Notes: generated from the letters alone by a model not told the origin. A DNA stretch of 64,000 nucleotides from the human T2T-CHM13v2.0 reference genome, Homo sapiens (GCF_009914755.1 NC_060939.1); one strand, 5' to 3'. Numbered from the stretch's first letter, positions 1-11,990 are shown. Numbers and translations are program-made.

Positions 1-228
1 TAGGAGTCAGCAAACTATGGATCCCCAGAACCACATCCAGCTTACTTGCTCCCTGATTTTGTAAATAAAGTTTTATTGAAACACAGTCATGCCTAAGCAT
101 TTTGTTTTGCCTACAGCTGCTTTTAATGTGCAACTGAAGGGTAAAATAGTTGCAACAGAGACCCTGTGGCCTACAAAACTTACAATTTTTATTATCTGGC
201 CCTTTAGTGAAAAAGTTTGTTGGTCCGC
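1..228 (+). mobile_element. MER58A (hAT-Charlie MITE), near full length
   Basis: Follows MER58A end to end: 'ggagtcagcaaactatgg', 'tttgtaaataaagttttattgaaacacag', 'atctggccctttagtgaaaaagtttg'. Confidence 0.85.
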
Positions 229-299
229 GCAAAAGAGAATAATAACTGATGACAGATGGAAAGAGGAGAACACTTTATTTAAATAGAAGACTCAGGGAA

Positions 300-770
300 T
301 ATTGCTTTGCAGGTATGACATTTAACCAAAGGCCGGAAAGAGGAGGAACTGGTCACAGGAATCGACGAAAGAATAGCTCCCCATCAGAGAAAATTACAGC
401 AGCAAAAGGCCCTCAAGCCAGAGGCCAAGAAACTGAAAGAAGCCTTGTGTAGCTCTGGTGTGGTGAAAGAGGGAGGGACGACAAGGCCGGGCTGAAGAGG
501 TAGGCAGGTGCCAGGTTCTGGAGGCATTGGAGTTGGTGATAAAAAGATTGGATTGCATTCTGAAAGCAGTAGGAGAACGTAGACAGGTTTTACATAGAGG
601 GGTAATGCAATTTGTTCGGAATTATAAAATATGACTCTGACTGCTGGTCAGCACATGTAGTTGGAAAGGTGGAGGCTAAATGCTGGGAACATATTAGGAT
701 GTAATATGTCCAAGTGAGGGCTACTGGAGACTTGGCTGATGAAGTGGCCATGAGACTGGGGAAATCTGTT
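300..770 (-). mobile_element. L2 LINE fragment, highly diverged
   Basis: Purine-rich antisense L2 pattern ('aagattggattgcattctgaaagcagtaggag', 'gtccaagtgagggctactggagacttgg'). Confidence 0.55.
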
Positions 771-1569
771 ACATGGAAAGCATGTTGTTCCTGGGGCTTC
801 AATACCATCAGTTTCTCAATCAGCAGGAGAGTGGGTTTCAGACTGTTAAGAACTGTCCTCTCAAACTTTCCTTGCTGCTTGAGAGAAACATGTAGAGCAC
901 CACAGCTTCCAAGCCAGTCAGATGCTGAGTCTCACTTGAACTTCGTTGTCCACAAATGAGCTATGACATATGATAATTAGCCTTGACCAAGATACTATCA
1001 TTGTGATCAACTCAGAGCCTAAAGTATAGAGGGCTGGAGAGGCATAGCTACACATTGCTGGATGGCACTGACTTACTCTGAGTTTCCCCCAGAAAGCAGG
1101 ACCCGAGACAGGCCTTCCAGACCCCATATGTAGGAGCTAGGTGAGAAGATCATATGAGGGAACATTCTTGAGTGGGTCACTACGATGGGCACCAAAGTTC
1201 AATCCATCTGTGGTCATCAATCCATCATGGTCTATGCTCTGAAGGGCACAGAGAATGAGTCTGAGACTCAAGTGCAGAAGACAGTGTTATTCATCCTCTG
1301 GCTTCTGTACCTCCATGTTCAAGAGTTTGTTCATGGGATGATCTGAGTAATGCTTGAATAATCTCAACATGCCATCGGAGAAGCTTTGGCCCAGAAAGCA
1401 AGAGATTCCTGGAACAGCCAGGAGGAGGGTCTGTCAAGCTACAGCACCGTGAAGTTTTTGCCCCGGCAACAGCTCAAATAAAGGGAGTCTAAATCATGTG
1501 ATGAGAGGCAAACAGGTGTCCAAGAAAAACCCTTTACTCACTAATGAAGCACTCTCTACACCCTCTCCC

Positions 1570-1745
1570 ATTTGACCTTCAAAAAGTTCTGTGAGGTCTT
1601 TATGTACATCTTAGCAAGTTGTAACATTCCCATTACAGAGATAAGCAAAGTGAGCCCCCAAGACATAATGAAAACAATGGCAGGGCCAGGACCAGCATCC
1701 ACACTTTTTTAACCTCTCAGCTAGTGCCCTTTGCGCTACACCTGC
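1570..1745 (-). mobile_element. MIR fragment
   Basis: 'cattcccattacagagataagcaaagtgagccc' resembles the antisense MIR core. Confidence 0.5.
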
Positions 1746-2328
1746 TACTTCTCCTAAATAACTGAACCAAAGGCCTAAGTGAGGAGAAACAAATTTCTGT
1801 AAGTGTGAGCGCAAAGCAAGAGAGAGGGAAGTTGATTTTGCCTGGAAAGGAACAATGTAGGAGGCCTCTTAATGAAGCCATCTTGTTTGAATGATCCAGT
1901 GTTTGGTAAACAAGTCCTTAATCATACCTTTGAGTATTGTATGTGCTTATAATAACGCCATCTCTCAGTTCCCCCTTTCCAGCCTGAGTAATCCCCATCT
2001 CTTTGGTCTCTGCATGTGACAGCTTCAGTATCTCATTTCCTGTCAATTCCCCAATTTTGTTGTAGCTTTCTTGAGGGACGGTGCAGACATTCCATGACGT
2101 GCTAGAAAATGCTAATTACTATTTATTATTTAAGAAAAACAAGATCGGCCCATGTGTGTAACTGAGCTCCCCGAAGCCTAGGTTGCCACTGATCATGGTC
2201 CCCGTCCCTTAGTGGCGGGTGACTTGTCATGTGTGCTTAACACTTGCAGGTAGAGTGCAAGGCAAAATCATAGCAACTGAAAAATGCCCTTCCATACCTC
2301 CTGGGAATTCACCTGTGGATTTTCTTAC

Positions 2329-2427
2329 CCTCCTCAGCCATGACTTATCTGACAGGGTGATCACTTTGGGGCACGTTGAGGGGGCTGTCACACAGGAGTG
2401 CTGCAATGACTTGACCACCTGGTCCTC
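2329..2427 (-). other. Candidate 99-nt internal exon of an unidentified transcript
   Basis: Minus-strand acceptor gtttgttttgttgtccAG|G and donor AGG|GTAAGA; one frame open throughout (EDQVVKSLQHSCVTAPSTCPKVITLSDKSWLRR); no recognisable protein similarity. Confidence 0.3.
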
Positions 2428-4084
2428 CTGGACAACAAAACAAACTTTTCTCCACTGAGTAAAGATAGCTTTATTATAAAGGACAATCTGGATTCCACGC
2501 TAATTTACATAAAATGAAAATGAATTACTAGAAAACATCAGCCTCGGGACTGTCATTACTACATTAGTTCTGAGAGCCTCATTCTCAATCTCAGCCTCTT
2601 CCTGGGAAGCCAAGTTCTGCCTCTACAGTTACTGGAAATTTAAACTAGACTTGAAGCCATAGGATTATCAGTGAAAATACTCTGGCAATAGTAATCGTGC
2701 CTCAAAAGAAGACATCAACATATCGGTCAAATACAGTTTCTAGTCTATTGTAAGGACTATGGCTTGCTAGCACCTGCCATCGAATAAACCTACCCTCTGA
2801 GCCTCAATTTCCTTCTCTGCAGAACGGGGATACAGAAGAACTGGAGCAGAACTAAGCAAATAGTAGGTGTTCAATAAATGGCAACTTACTATTAATAATA
2901 GCAGTAGCCTTATAATAAAAAAATACTAACATGCCAAGTGACCCACAAAAGTTCTCAAAATAAACAGTCTCAGATTCAGATTGTGCTGTGTCAACCAGGA
3001 GTTTCCCGAACAAACACTTTCCCCTGTGACCAAATATAAACCAGCTTCACTTGCCTCTCCACAGACCTTCTAATTATCTCTGCTGTTTACAGCATCTAGC
3101 CCCTCCGCTACCCAATTCTCCATTATTCTGACAGCCAACAAACTAGACCTATTAGAACTCAGCACAACTTTCGCCTAAGGCAGGAACTTTGTGAGACCAC
3201 AAATCGTCTTGGTATTAAAAGTCGGTGCATAAGAACTGCCCTCAGCTTTTGCGCTAAATTGCTAGTTTGAAGACATTCATTGCGGTATATTGTATTTCCA
3301 CTATACTTTGCTTTAATAGACTTCGTGGTGAAGTGTATAAGAAGAGTTTTAAAGCCCGAGGTAGCACACAGCCAACTTTTTTTTTCCCCTTTTATATATT
3401 TTTCCATCTTTTGTTTGTCACCTTATATTGTTTTGTTGCTTCACATACATAAAACAACCTGGCAATCACAGAACAATACCCAGCAGTTAGTTGGAGGCAC
3501 ATATTGACTTCACTATTAAAAGTTGAAACAATCAAGCTAAAGAATCTGTGGTGTATTTTTCTGCTACTTGCATGAGACTTTAATTTGAAAACAAATGGAA
3601 AATATCCCCTCTGAATGTAATAGCACTTTCATCGACCTTGGTTTATGTCTATACTTTTGCATTGACTGCCTAGCAGAATTCCACAGTTAGTCGGAGAAAT
3701 GGAAGAAAGTATTTGCCCAGCACTTTCACCTGAAAGTCCTGAATGTGTTTTATGGCCCGGGTTCCAGGTCAGTTGGCTGAGTGATGCCGACACACCTTGC
3801 TTCCCCTTGGTTTAGGTGACATCTGTCTTTCTTTTGTTCAACTTCATGATGCTGGGGCAACTGTCTAGATAGCCTCTATTTATCATCTTCTGGCACTGGG
3901 GATAGGGGAGAGTAAAGGCTATGTGCTCCCTGTCTTCATGTAGCATCCAGTCTTATCTTCTTAGAGCATATAGTCTCCCCAGAGACATGAGGATTAAACA
4001 GCCATGTAAATACATATATAATTGTAGATACCTATAAGTATCTATAGGGCCTCTTTACCACCAGGGTTACGAAGAAATATATTA

Positions 4085-4907
4085 TGAGGGGATCAACTTT
4101 GGATGTGGAGGCAAATGGGGAAAACCCACACTGCTTCTTCTCTATACTCACATTCAACACAGAACGCTTCTGTGACCAAATGTATAGGGTGTTTTCCTAC
4201 GTCAAGCAATTCTCCAGTTCTCTGCAGACAATTAAACTTGATTCTGACACCATCTACCTGGAGATAACATCCCACCCCACAGGTTAAAGTCTCAGCCTCA
4301 CAAGACTGCACACATTTCAGATGCCAATCTCAAGTCCAGGGGTTAATATGATCTTCTCCTCAGGTTTTATTATTTTGCTAGACTGGCTTACAGAACTCAA
4401 AGAAATATTTTAGTTAGATTTACTTATTAATGAGATGTAACTCAGGAACAGCCAAATGGAAGAGATGTACAGGGCAAGGTATGAGGGCAGGATCATGGAG
4501 CTCCTGCATCCTCTCTAGGCATAGCCTCCTGGCACCTTCATGCACTCAGCAACCCAGAAGCCCTCTGAACCCAGCCCTTTGGGGTTTTTATGGAGCCTTC
4601 ATTATGTAGGCATGATTGATTAAGTCATTAGCCATTGATAATCAACTTAACCTTCAGCCCCTCTTCCCACTCCAGAGGTCAGGGCATGGGATGGAAAGTT
4701 GCAACTCCAATCACATGGTTGGGTCCCCTGGCAGCCAGCCTCTATCTTGAGGCTATCCAGGTGCCCCAGCCATCCATCATCTCATGAGCACACACACACA
4801 CACACAAAAATTTATCACTTCAGAGATTCCAAGGGCTTTCGGAGCTGTGAACCAGGAAACTGAGGGAAGAATGACATACATATTTCTTACCATATCATGA
4901 TATCACA
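4085..4907 (-). mobile_element. MER21 (MER21C-like) solo LTR inserted into an L2
   Basis: 'ttctgtgaccaaatg', 'ctgacaccatctacctggagata', 'cccacaggttaa', 'catgattgattaagtcattagccattg'; ends 'gatatcaca' (reverse complement of the TGTGATAT LTR start). Confidence 0.85.
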
Positions 4908-5660
4908 GGAGGTCAGGGAAGATCTCTGCGGAAAATGATGGAAATGAGATGAGGTAGTTGAATAACAGTCATCTGAGGGAGAAGTGCAGAGATAGGAAAC
5001 CACCCATGAAAAAGCCCCAGGGCAGAAAAGAGCAAGAACCTTTGGGAAACAACCAAAGCAAGAAAAGTGCCCACCTGCAGGAGAAGTAGAAGGTGGAAAT
5101 GAAATGATGGGCAGAGCTAGAGCTGAAAGGATCCTGTAGGTGATGGCAGAGAGGTAGGATTGTATTCCAAGAGCAATGGGAGTCCATTTAAATTATTTTA
5201 GCAGAGGAGTTACATGATCCAGTATGACTAAAGTTTGGAAGGATCTCTCTCTCTCCAGCTTCCCTTTGGAGAATGAATTGAAAGAAAGCTGGAAAATAGG
5301 TGTTAAAGCCACCTTTGATAGAGAGTGGCCTAGGTGAGAAAGAAGTGTCACTTGAAAAGTTTTAGAAAAGAAACATTTGAGACAAAATATTTCAAGGTGA
5401 TTTCAAGATGGACTTGATATGGTGCTGAAGGAAAAGGACAGTTTCTAGAGAGATGCTAAGATGTCCAGTGGTGCAACCTGTGTACATGCTGAAACAGGAA
5501 ACTCTAGAAGGAACATATTCAAAAGAGTATCAAGCATTTAATTATAAACACTTAAGGATTTATTTGAAATGTGAGTAGTCAGAATCAAATTCCAACTAAA
5601 GAGAGGTCTATGGGAAGAATAGGGGGATATCTCATAAAATTTGAGAAAGAAGTGATACCT
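4908..5660 (-). mobile_element. L2 fragment flanking the MER21 LTR
   Basis: 'ggaggtcagggaagatctct', 'ggtaggattgtattccaagagcaatgggagtccattt' typical of antisense L2. Confidence 0.6.
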
Positions 5661-5739
5661 AAGAAGAAGAGAACCTGGGAAGTTCAGGAAGTGGGCAGCA
5701 AGAATTCATTATCTCCCAAGAAATCTGACATTGATTTGA

Positions 5740-5900
5740 CTCAGTTTAGCAACTCCAATTGCAAGTGCCAACTGTGGGAAAAGAGAATCCCAGATCAGTC
5801 TGGGTTGGTGCAGAGGCCCACTATTCTCCAATCAACAATGGACAGGAAAGCAGGACTTCATACTACAAATGTGGCTGCCCCAGCCTCATCCATGTAGTTT
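5740..5900 (-). mobile_element. MLT1J/K-like MaLR LTR fragment
   Basis: 'gggaaaagagaatcccagatcagtctggg...ccaatcaacaatggacagg...tacaaatgtggctgcc'. Confidence 0.5.
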
Positions 5901-5959
5901 GGCAGAATCCCTAAGAGAAGACTGTAAGTCCTGAAACGGTGAGATACTTCATATGTCTT

Positions 5960-6170
5960 TTGTACACATATGCAATCTCTTTCAACCTTTGCAACTGAGA
6001 TATATGCTGAGATTGGTGCTGTTATAACCATGTTATAGAGAAGGACAATAAGCCCAGAGAAGTTAATCCATCTCCAAGGCCACAGAAATAGTAGGTAGTG
6101 GTGCTGTAAGTTAAACCGACATCTGCAATGCCTTCAAAACCTGACGGACTCAGTCTCCACTCACTGCTTC
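5960..6170 (-). mobile_element. MIR fragment
   Basis: 'gcccagagaagttaatccatctccaaggccacag...gtaggtagtgg'. Confidence 0.6.
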
Positions 6171-6899
6171 ATGAAACGCACTTTTGCAGCTGTGGCCTTG
6201 TTATAGTTTGCTGAGCACCCCAGAGAAGAGAGATTTGGTTAAGCTTAATTATGTTCTAGTTGATTTCATCAGACTTCTGGAATCTGAGATTTATGCATTT
6301 TCACAGATGGTTAACATAATGATTAGAGGGATGAAAGTGCATTTGCCCAGAGTTAAATGGAAGGTTGGTAAAGCAGCATGATCGCTTGTTTCAGGGCTTG
6401 GCCAACAAGTAGACAATACTGTTCCTTTAGGAGACCAGGAGAGTGAATCTCTCCTTTTGAAGCAGTTGTACAAATTGTCCATAGGTTTTTCTATGAACCC
6501 TGTGATAGATAGATGGGATTTATCTTGACTGAAATGGGGAGAATCAAATTATCTTCATCAACATCAGAATAAAAAGTGTGATTATACATAATAAAATACC
6601 CTCCATCATACATCATACTCCCCTTTGCATTAAATGAAGGAATTGTGAAGGGCCTGGGATAATATATTAGTTACATTACAAAGAACCCCTATACACGTGT
6701 AGTATATTCACCAAAGTTTCAGTCTGAAGAAAAGAAAATCGCTTGGATCTGTATATGTTATACCTTTCAGAGTGGACTCAAATTTAAAACAAGAGACACT
6801 TTTCAGCATTTGTTCTTACCTTGTGTTAAATGTCAAGACATTGTAGCATGTGGTAGCCTCTTTCAAGCCTCTTACTCTATTTTTTATGATATCTAAAAT

Positions 6900-7062
6900 T
6901 TTTTTTATGTATTTCCTTGTTTATTATAAATTTCCTCTACAAGAATATAGCTTCTACAAGAGCAAGGATTTTGTTTTGTTCATTGCGTTATTCAGTGTCA
7001 AGACTAGCGTCTGACATGTGATATCCAAATGCTCAGAACATGCTTATGGAAAGAGAGAATGA
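6900..7062 (+). mobile_element. L2 3' end
   Basis: 'gaatatagcttctacaagagcaaggattttgttttgttcattgc'. Confidence 0.55.
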
Positions 7063-7989
7063 CTCCTCTCTGCCACCACTGAGAAGCCCTCATTCTGTGT
7101 AGATCAACTCTTTTCTAAATCCATGGCACTAGCCCCTGGTGGATCTCTCTGCCTGTGGCCTCTACCTTAAACTCAAATCTACTATGCTTTCCCCAAAGTA
7201 AGCTTTGAATCCACAAATCATATTAGAGCATTCCTTTCATTAACTAATTTTATGGCTTCATAACACTTTTAGGCACGGGCTTCCTATCATGGAATTGAAG
7301 GTCTTCTGTAATCTGGTACCAAACTAAGTCTTTCTAACTTGACTTCTCAACTCCTTGCCCACTGCTAATTTATCTATCATGCATTTACAGGCCTACGTGA
7401 GCACACCACCGTCTGAGTAAGAGGCCCAAGACTCATTCCCTGCCCTTAAAAAGAAGTCCAACATTCAGTCTTGCAGAGAAACTGAAGGGAAAACAGATTG
7501 TTATGGCAGCACATAGTAAGGAGGCCGCAGAACACCTGGAGCCTTCATAAATCAGGTGCTGGTTCTACAGCTTGCCACACTCTGGTTTTGTTGTGACTTT
7601 GCACACCTCACTTCTCCAACTGAATATCCTCCTTACCCACCTATCACACCCAGAAAACTCCCACTTGTCCTTCAACATCCAGTCTAATTTCCCATTGCTG
7701 AATTGATTCAGACCAATTGTCTTTCTTGTTCTGTCTTAAATCAGACATTTAGGCATCTGGAGAAGATTGGCCACTGGTTGCCTAACTCAGCAAACAACCT
7801 GTAGCTAGTTATCAAACTGATACACAGACAAAATACGTTTCCCAGAAATTAAGTTTCATCTGAGGCATTTGGTTTTTTTAAGAAAACAAAATTTAAATGA
7901 AATAAAATACTGATTCTTAAGCTCTCTCCCAACCCCCTAAATCAAAATTTCCTAGGGGAAGTCCTAAGAACTCATCTATTTCACAAGAA

Positions 7990-8167
7990 ATATGATTCTC
8001 AGTTGTTGGTTCTGAGAGTGAGACTTTCCCTGACCAGCAGCAGCAGCCTCTGGGAACCTGTTAAAAATGCATGTTCTTAGGCTCCACTCCAGGGGATGGC
8101 CCGACAACCACGTGTGATTCACCCTCCAGAAGATGCTGTCACATACTCAAATGTGACCCACTGCTGC
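7990..8167. mobile_element. MER5A (hAT-Charlie) fragment
   Basis: 'gaccagcagcagcagcctctgggaacctgttaaaaatgcatgttcttaggctccac', 'ccctccagaagatgctg...tcaaatgtgacccactg'. Confidence 0.75.
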
Positions 8168-8898
8168 AAGTCAACTCCTGGGAGTAGAAAATTAAATATT
8201 GGTCTAAAAAACTAAGTGACACCTCCATTGCCCAAAAGCGTAAATAACAGCCTCATAAGCAGCTTCTTTTTGCCACAGTGTGGCTAATGCTAAACTGACC
8301 CAACAGAAATAAAAATTTCAGAAAGGCCACAGGCCTAAAATCAGAATTTTCTGCCACATTACACCTGTAACCATTGAAGCTATAAAGACATTTCCGTCTT
8401 GTGACTGGAAAAGGCAGCAAGTACCTTAGAAACTGAGGGGGAAACAAAAGCAAACACCAGGCACAAAAGAACCTTCAATTATCTGGATATTTCAGTAGGT
8501 AGCCCCAAAGATTCCCTGGAGCCACAATTTTTCAAAATTTGTTTTTAGCCACAGAGCCCTTTCTTCAAAACATATAGATTTAACCCCTATCTACATAACA
8601 GAAAAGAGTTGCTGCTGGGCCCAGCGCCATGGCCTTCCTCAGCAACCCTGAGGCCCCCTGTGGCATCCCCAGGTAACCCTACAAGGATGGAAAAAGAAGG
8701 CTGAACATTCCTGTTGTAGATGGTATTTCCTTCTGAATTCTCATAGTCACACACAACTGCAGAAAGAAAACAGGAGCTGGGCATTCAACAGCAACAAAAG
8801 AGATTATATTATTCTAGTGTTGACTCAGTGGAGGTCACTAGACTACATGTGAAAAGATCGGTATAATATGATCAGTTTATAATGATTTAAAATTAAGC

Positions 8899-9100
8899 AA
8901 AGAAGAAAGGAAGGAAAGTAGGAAGGGAGGAAGGAAGGAAGGAGGGAAGGAAGGAAGAAGGGAAGGGAGGGAAGAGGGAGGGGAAGGAAGAGGGAGGGAG
9001 GGAAGGAAGAGGGAGGGGGGAGGAAGGAAGAGAGGGAGAAAGGAAGAAAGGAAGAGAGAAAAGAGGAAGAACAGGAAGAAGCAAGCAAGCAAGCAAGCAA
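8899..9100 (+). repeat. GA-rich polypurine tract (GGAA/GGGA units) ending in (GCAA)5
   Basis: About 180 bp almost entirely A/G followed by gcaa x5 at 9081-9100; generates the S/F/L/P-rich minus-strand ORFs. Confidence 0.95.
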
Positions 9101-11554
9101 TTCTAAACTGCTGAACGGTTCTACTTTTCATCTTGAGATGCCTGGAAGCACTGACTTTTGTTGTCACTTTGGGCCCAAGGCGGCCCTTCTTTTCCCACGC
9201 TGACCTCTGCCATTTCTGTAGGTGGTTTACATAGCAGAGTGCAGGGTTACAGCTCTTTGGCAAACTTCTTCACAGCAGAAAGGGCAAACAAAGTTTCATA
9301 TAACTTCCTGTTTCTCAACAGAGCTATGAGTCTCCCCCTCCCCCATGTTTTTGTTTTTCTGCTCATTCTCATGGAAAAAAAAAAAAACCTGGAGATTGTT
9401 AGAAAAGGAAAATAACTTAATCGGAAGCGGGGAATAATCAGAAACTTACATGGGGCTAAATTTGCATTTCGTTTTCTTTTCTCCACCATGTATTTGAGAA
9501 GTTTGTATATATTCTGTAAATTTTGTAAGGAGTGAGTGAAAAATGTAACATATGTACAGGCATTTATTCATGTGTTTTATGCTCTTTTCTTTTTTATGGC
9601 AAATGCCCTGGAGAGTTTTAACTCCAGGGATGTTGTGTGGAGAAGGGTTTTTGGGTTTAAGATTTTGAGATGAGGCTTTTTGGTTGACCCTTGACATGAC
9701 CTTTAACTGGAAGTCCCTCCAGAGAAAGAACTTGGGCTTATTCATCTTTATGACCCCTGCACCCATCGTCACCGTGCTGGGTACAAAGTGGACACTCGGA
9801 AAGTTTATTGAGTCAATGTGGGTTGAATGTCATAACCCCAAATTTTCTTTGCCATCTGTAAAGATAATAACAATAATACATAGCCAAGAATATAATGTCA
9901 TGAATAATTTCTTAAAGTGCTTTGAAATTAGTTCCAGAAAGATTGGAAAATTTTTTGAAAACATAAGATGCAACATGTACGGTTTTAAACTCTGACCTTT
10001 TCGATACAAACTTTCTCTTCCTTTACATTTGTATACTCCCAACAAACTTAAAATGTTATGTTTCAGGTAAGGAGGCATTCTGCCAAAATAACTGGCCAAA
10101 TACATCACATGAACACAGCCTCCTGGAAATCACCAGGTGGCTGACTAAGTTGTTTCAATTTGCCAACTGGTGTTCTTATGTAAGTCTAGGAGAGATGCCC
10201 TCACCCTTGAGTAAGAACCTAGAGCTCACAGTGTCTTCTGGCATCATGTCTATATTCTTTTACATGGACATGAATGCATTCATTAATATGGAACATTCAT
10301 ATCCCGAAAGCTGGGACAGTTTTGTACTAAAGAGCCCTCTTGCCCTTAAGAGCAAACAGGTAGATAGAATCCCCTATCAATACCTGTCTTAGGAAGGCTG
10401 GATATCCAAGGCAACTATGAATTGCTTTCCATACCCCAACATCACATTTGGTGAGAATTTCTTTCACACCAGGCCAAATCAGTGTGTTCAAAATTCCATC
10501 GAGATTGTTTGCCATTTATACATTTGGTGTAGCAGGTTGTGAATAATGCAAATTATTTCAGTTGTAATTAACAAGAGTGCAATTGTTTCTGCATGCAACT
10601 GAGGGAGGAGGAAGACCCCTGAGAAATGACTCTTACAAAACGCAACCTTAACTTAGTTTTCCATTTAGATAATGATGGGCTCACAGAAGATCATTCACCA
10701 CTTTTAGCTGCTTATACTCATTGAAAATCCATCTCAACTTCTTTAGAAAATTAAATTGGGACAGAATTATATCAGATTGAGAGGTTTTCAGATCAACTCC
10801 ACATATTTGTCTCTTATCAACCAAGGAATCTTTTTTTAAAAAAGGATATTTTCTTTGACAAAGTAGAATCTGCAAGTGGCGGAGGAAATATTTAGAAGAG
10901 ATAGGATTATATTTGTGAATCTGTGATTTAGGCAGTGGATTGGATGGACACTGTGTTACTGGCTGCATTAAACATTATGCAGAAAACGGAAGATGAAGCA
11001 AAACCTGAGGCAAAGTCTCCGGTGGGACACGGAAGAGTAAAAGTGAGAGAAAAAGGGAAGGCGAGCAGGAGAGGGCCAGAGAGGCAGAAAGGAGGGCAGC
11101 GCTGGGAGAAGACATGAAAAATTAGAACAGGAGCTCAGAGCACTCGGGAGAGCAGGGGAAATGACAGTTGAAATTAGAACAGGAGCTAAGAGGAGCCAGC
11201 AGAAGGGGACGGCAGGAACTAGGAAATTTAAGGCGGGGAGAAACAACTGAGAGAAGTGGACAGAAAAAAGAAAGCTTAGCATAAATAAGAAGGCCCGGGA
11301 CTCCCGTGCGTCCAGTAGACCTGCTCTGCTATGGATCAAAACAAATGATTTCTCATTCTGAAATGACTCTGAAAGGGGGAATGGAATGTGCCCCAACGAT
11401 CAATATTAAATTTTATGCCTGCTGCACCTTTCAAAAGGCTCAAGAAGACATTGATTCAAGTAAGTGCCACATTTTTAAATGACCTTTGATGATTCACTTT
11501 AACAGTTTGAGAGCAGAAGTTTGCACCCTGAGCTGGGGAGCAGTGAGAACTGAA

Positions 11555-11990
11555 GTTTGGTTTCTAGTTGTGGTTGTGGTTGTGGTTGTGGGGCTGCCAG
11601 GTTGCGCTGGTCACTGTGGCAGGGGCAGGGATGCTCTGGCAGGAGAAAGTGCTGTTTCCTGTCCAACTAGGGCACGCGTGTGGGAGGCTGGAGTTGATGT
11701 TTTTCATTATATAGCTGGCATTCTTAGAAAGCCAAGAAGAGTTGTGCTTTTTGGCTGGTTTGATGAAGTGCTTTGGGCACTTTGTATTTTGTGGCCAATT
11801 TTACGAGAGGAAAATATCTGATTCCAATGGAATGGATTGGGAAACCTGAAGGTGGGTTTCCCAGATGAGGCCTTCCCAGAGGAGGCCTCTGCAGAGCGGG
11901 CCAATCGGGATTCTGGTTTTGCAGAGTTTTCACTGACGTAGCCTTGTCTCTTGCAGTCAGACACCTGTACTGGGTCCGAATTGGTTATAA
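11555..11990. promoter_or_regulatory. Candidate promoter/enhancer (RUNX array, ETS, STAT5 GAS, NF-kB-like, CCAAT boxes, CRE-like, minus-strand TATA)
   Basis: TGTGGT x3 11569-11586; TTTCCTGT 11655-11662; CACGCGTG 11673-11680; TATATAA(-) 11707-11713; TTCTTAGAA 11721-11729; CCAAT 11795/11824/11901 and ATTGG 11836/11980; GGGTTTCCC 11854-11862; TGACGTA 11934-11940. Confidence 0.5.

Noticed and set aside
1040-1500. Possible LTR33/ERVL-like fragment
   Set aside because: Only a short resemblance ('ttcccccagaaagcaggacccgagaca'); too weak to call
2201-2217. CTCF-like motif (also 49374-49390)
   Set aside because: Two or more core mismatches, or wrong length relative to the consensus
6307-6363. 57-nt plus-strand exon-like segment (ttttcacAG|ATG...AAG|GTTGGT)
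   Set aside because: Moderate donor only, and the sequence may be a decayed CR1/L3 fragment; insufficient support
8843-9263. S/F/L/P-rich overlapping ORFs
   Set aside because: Translation of the polypurine microsatellite
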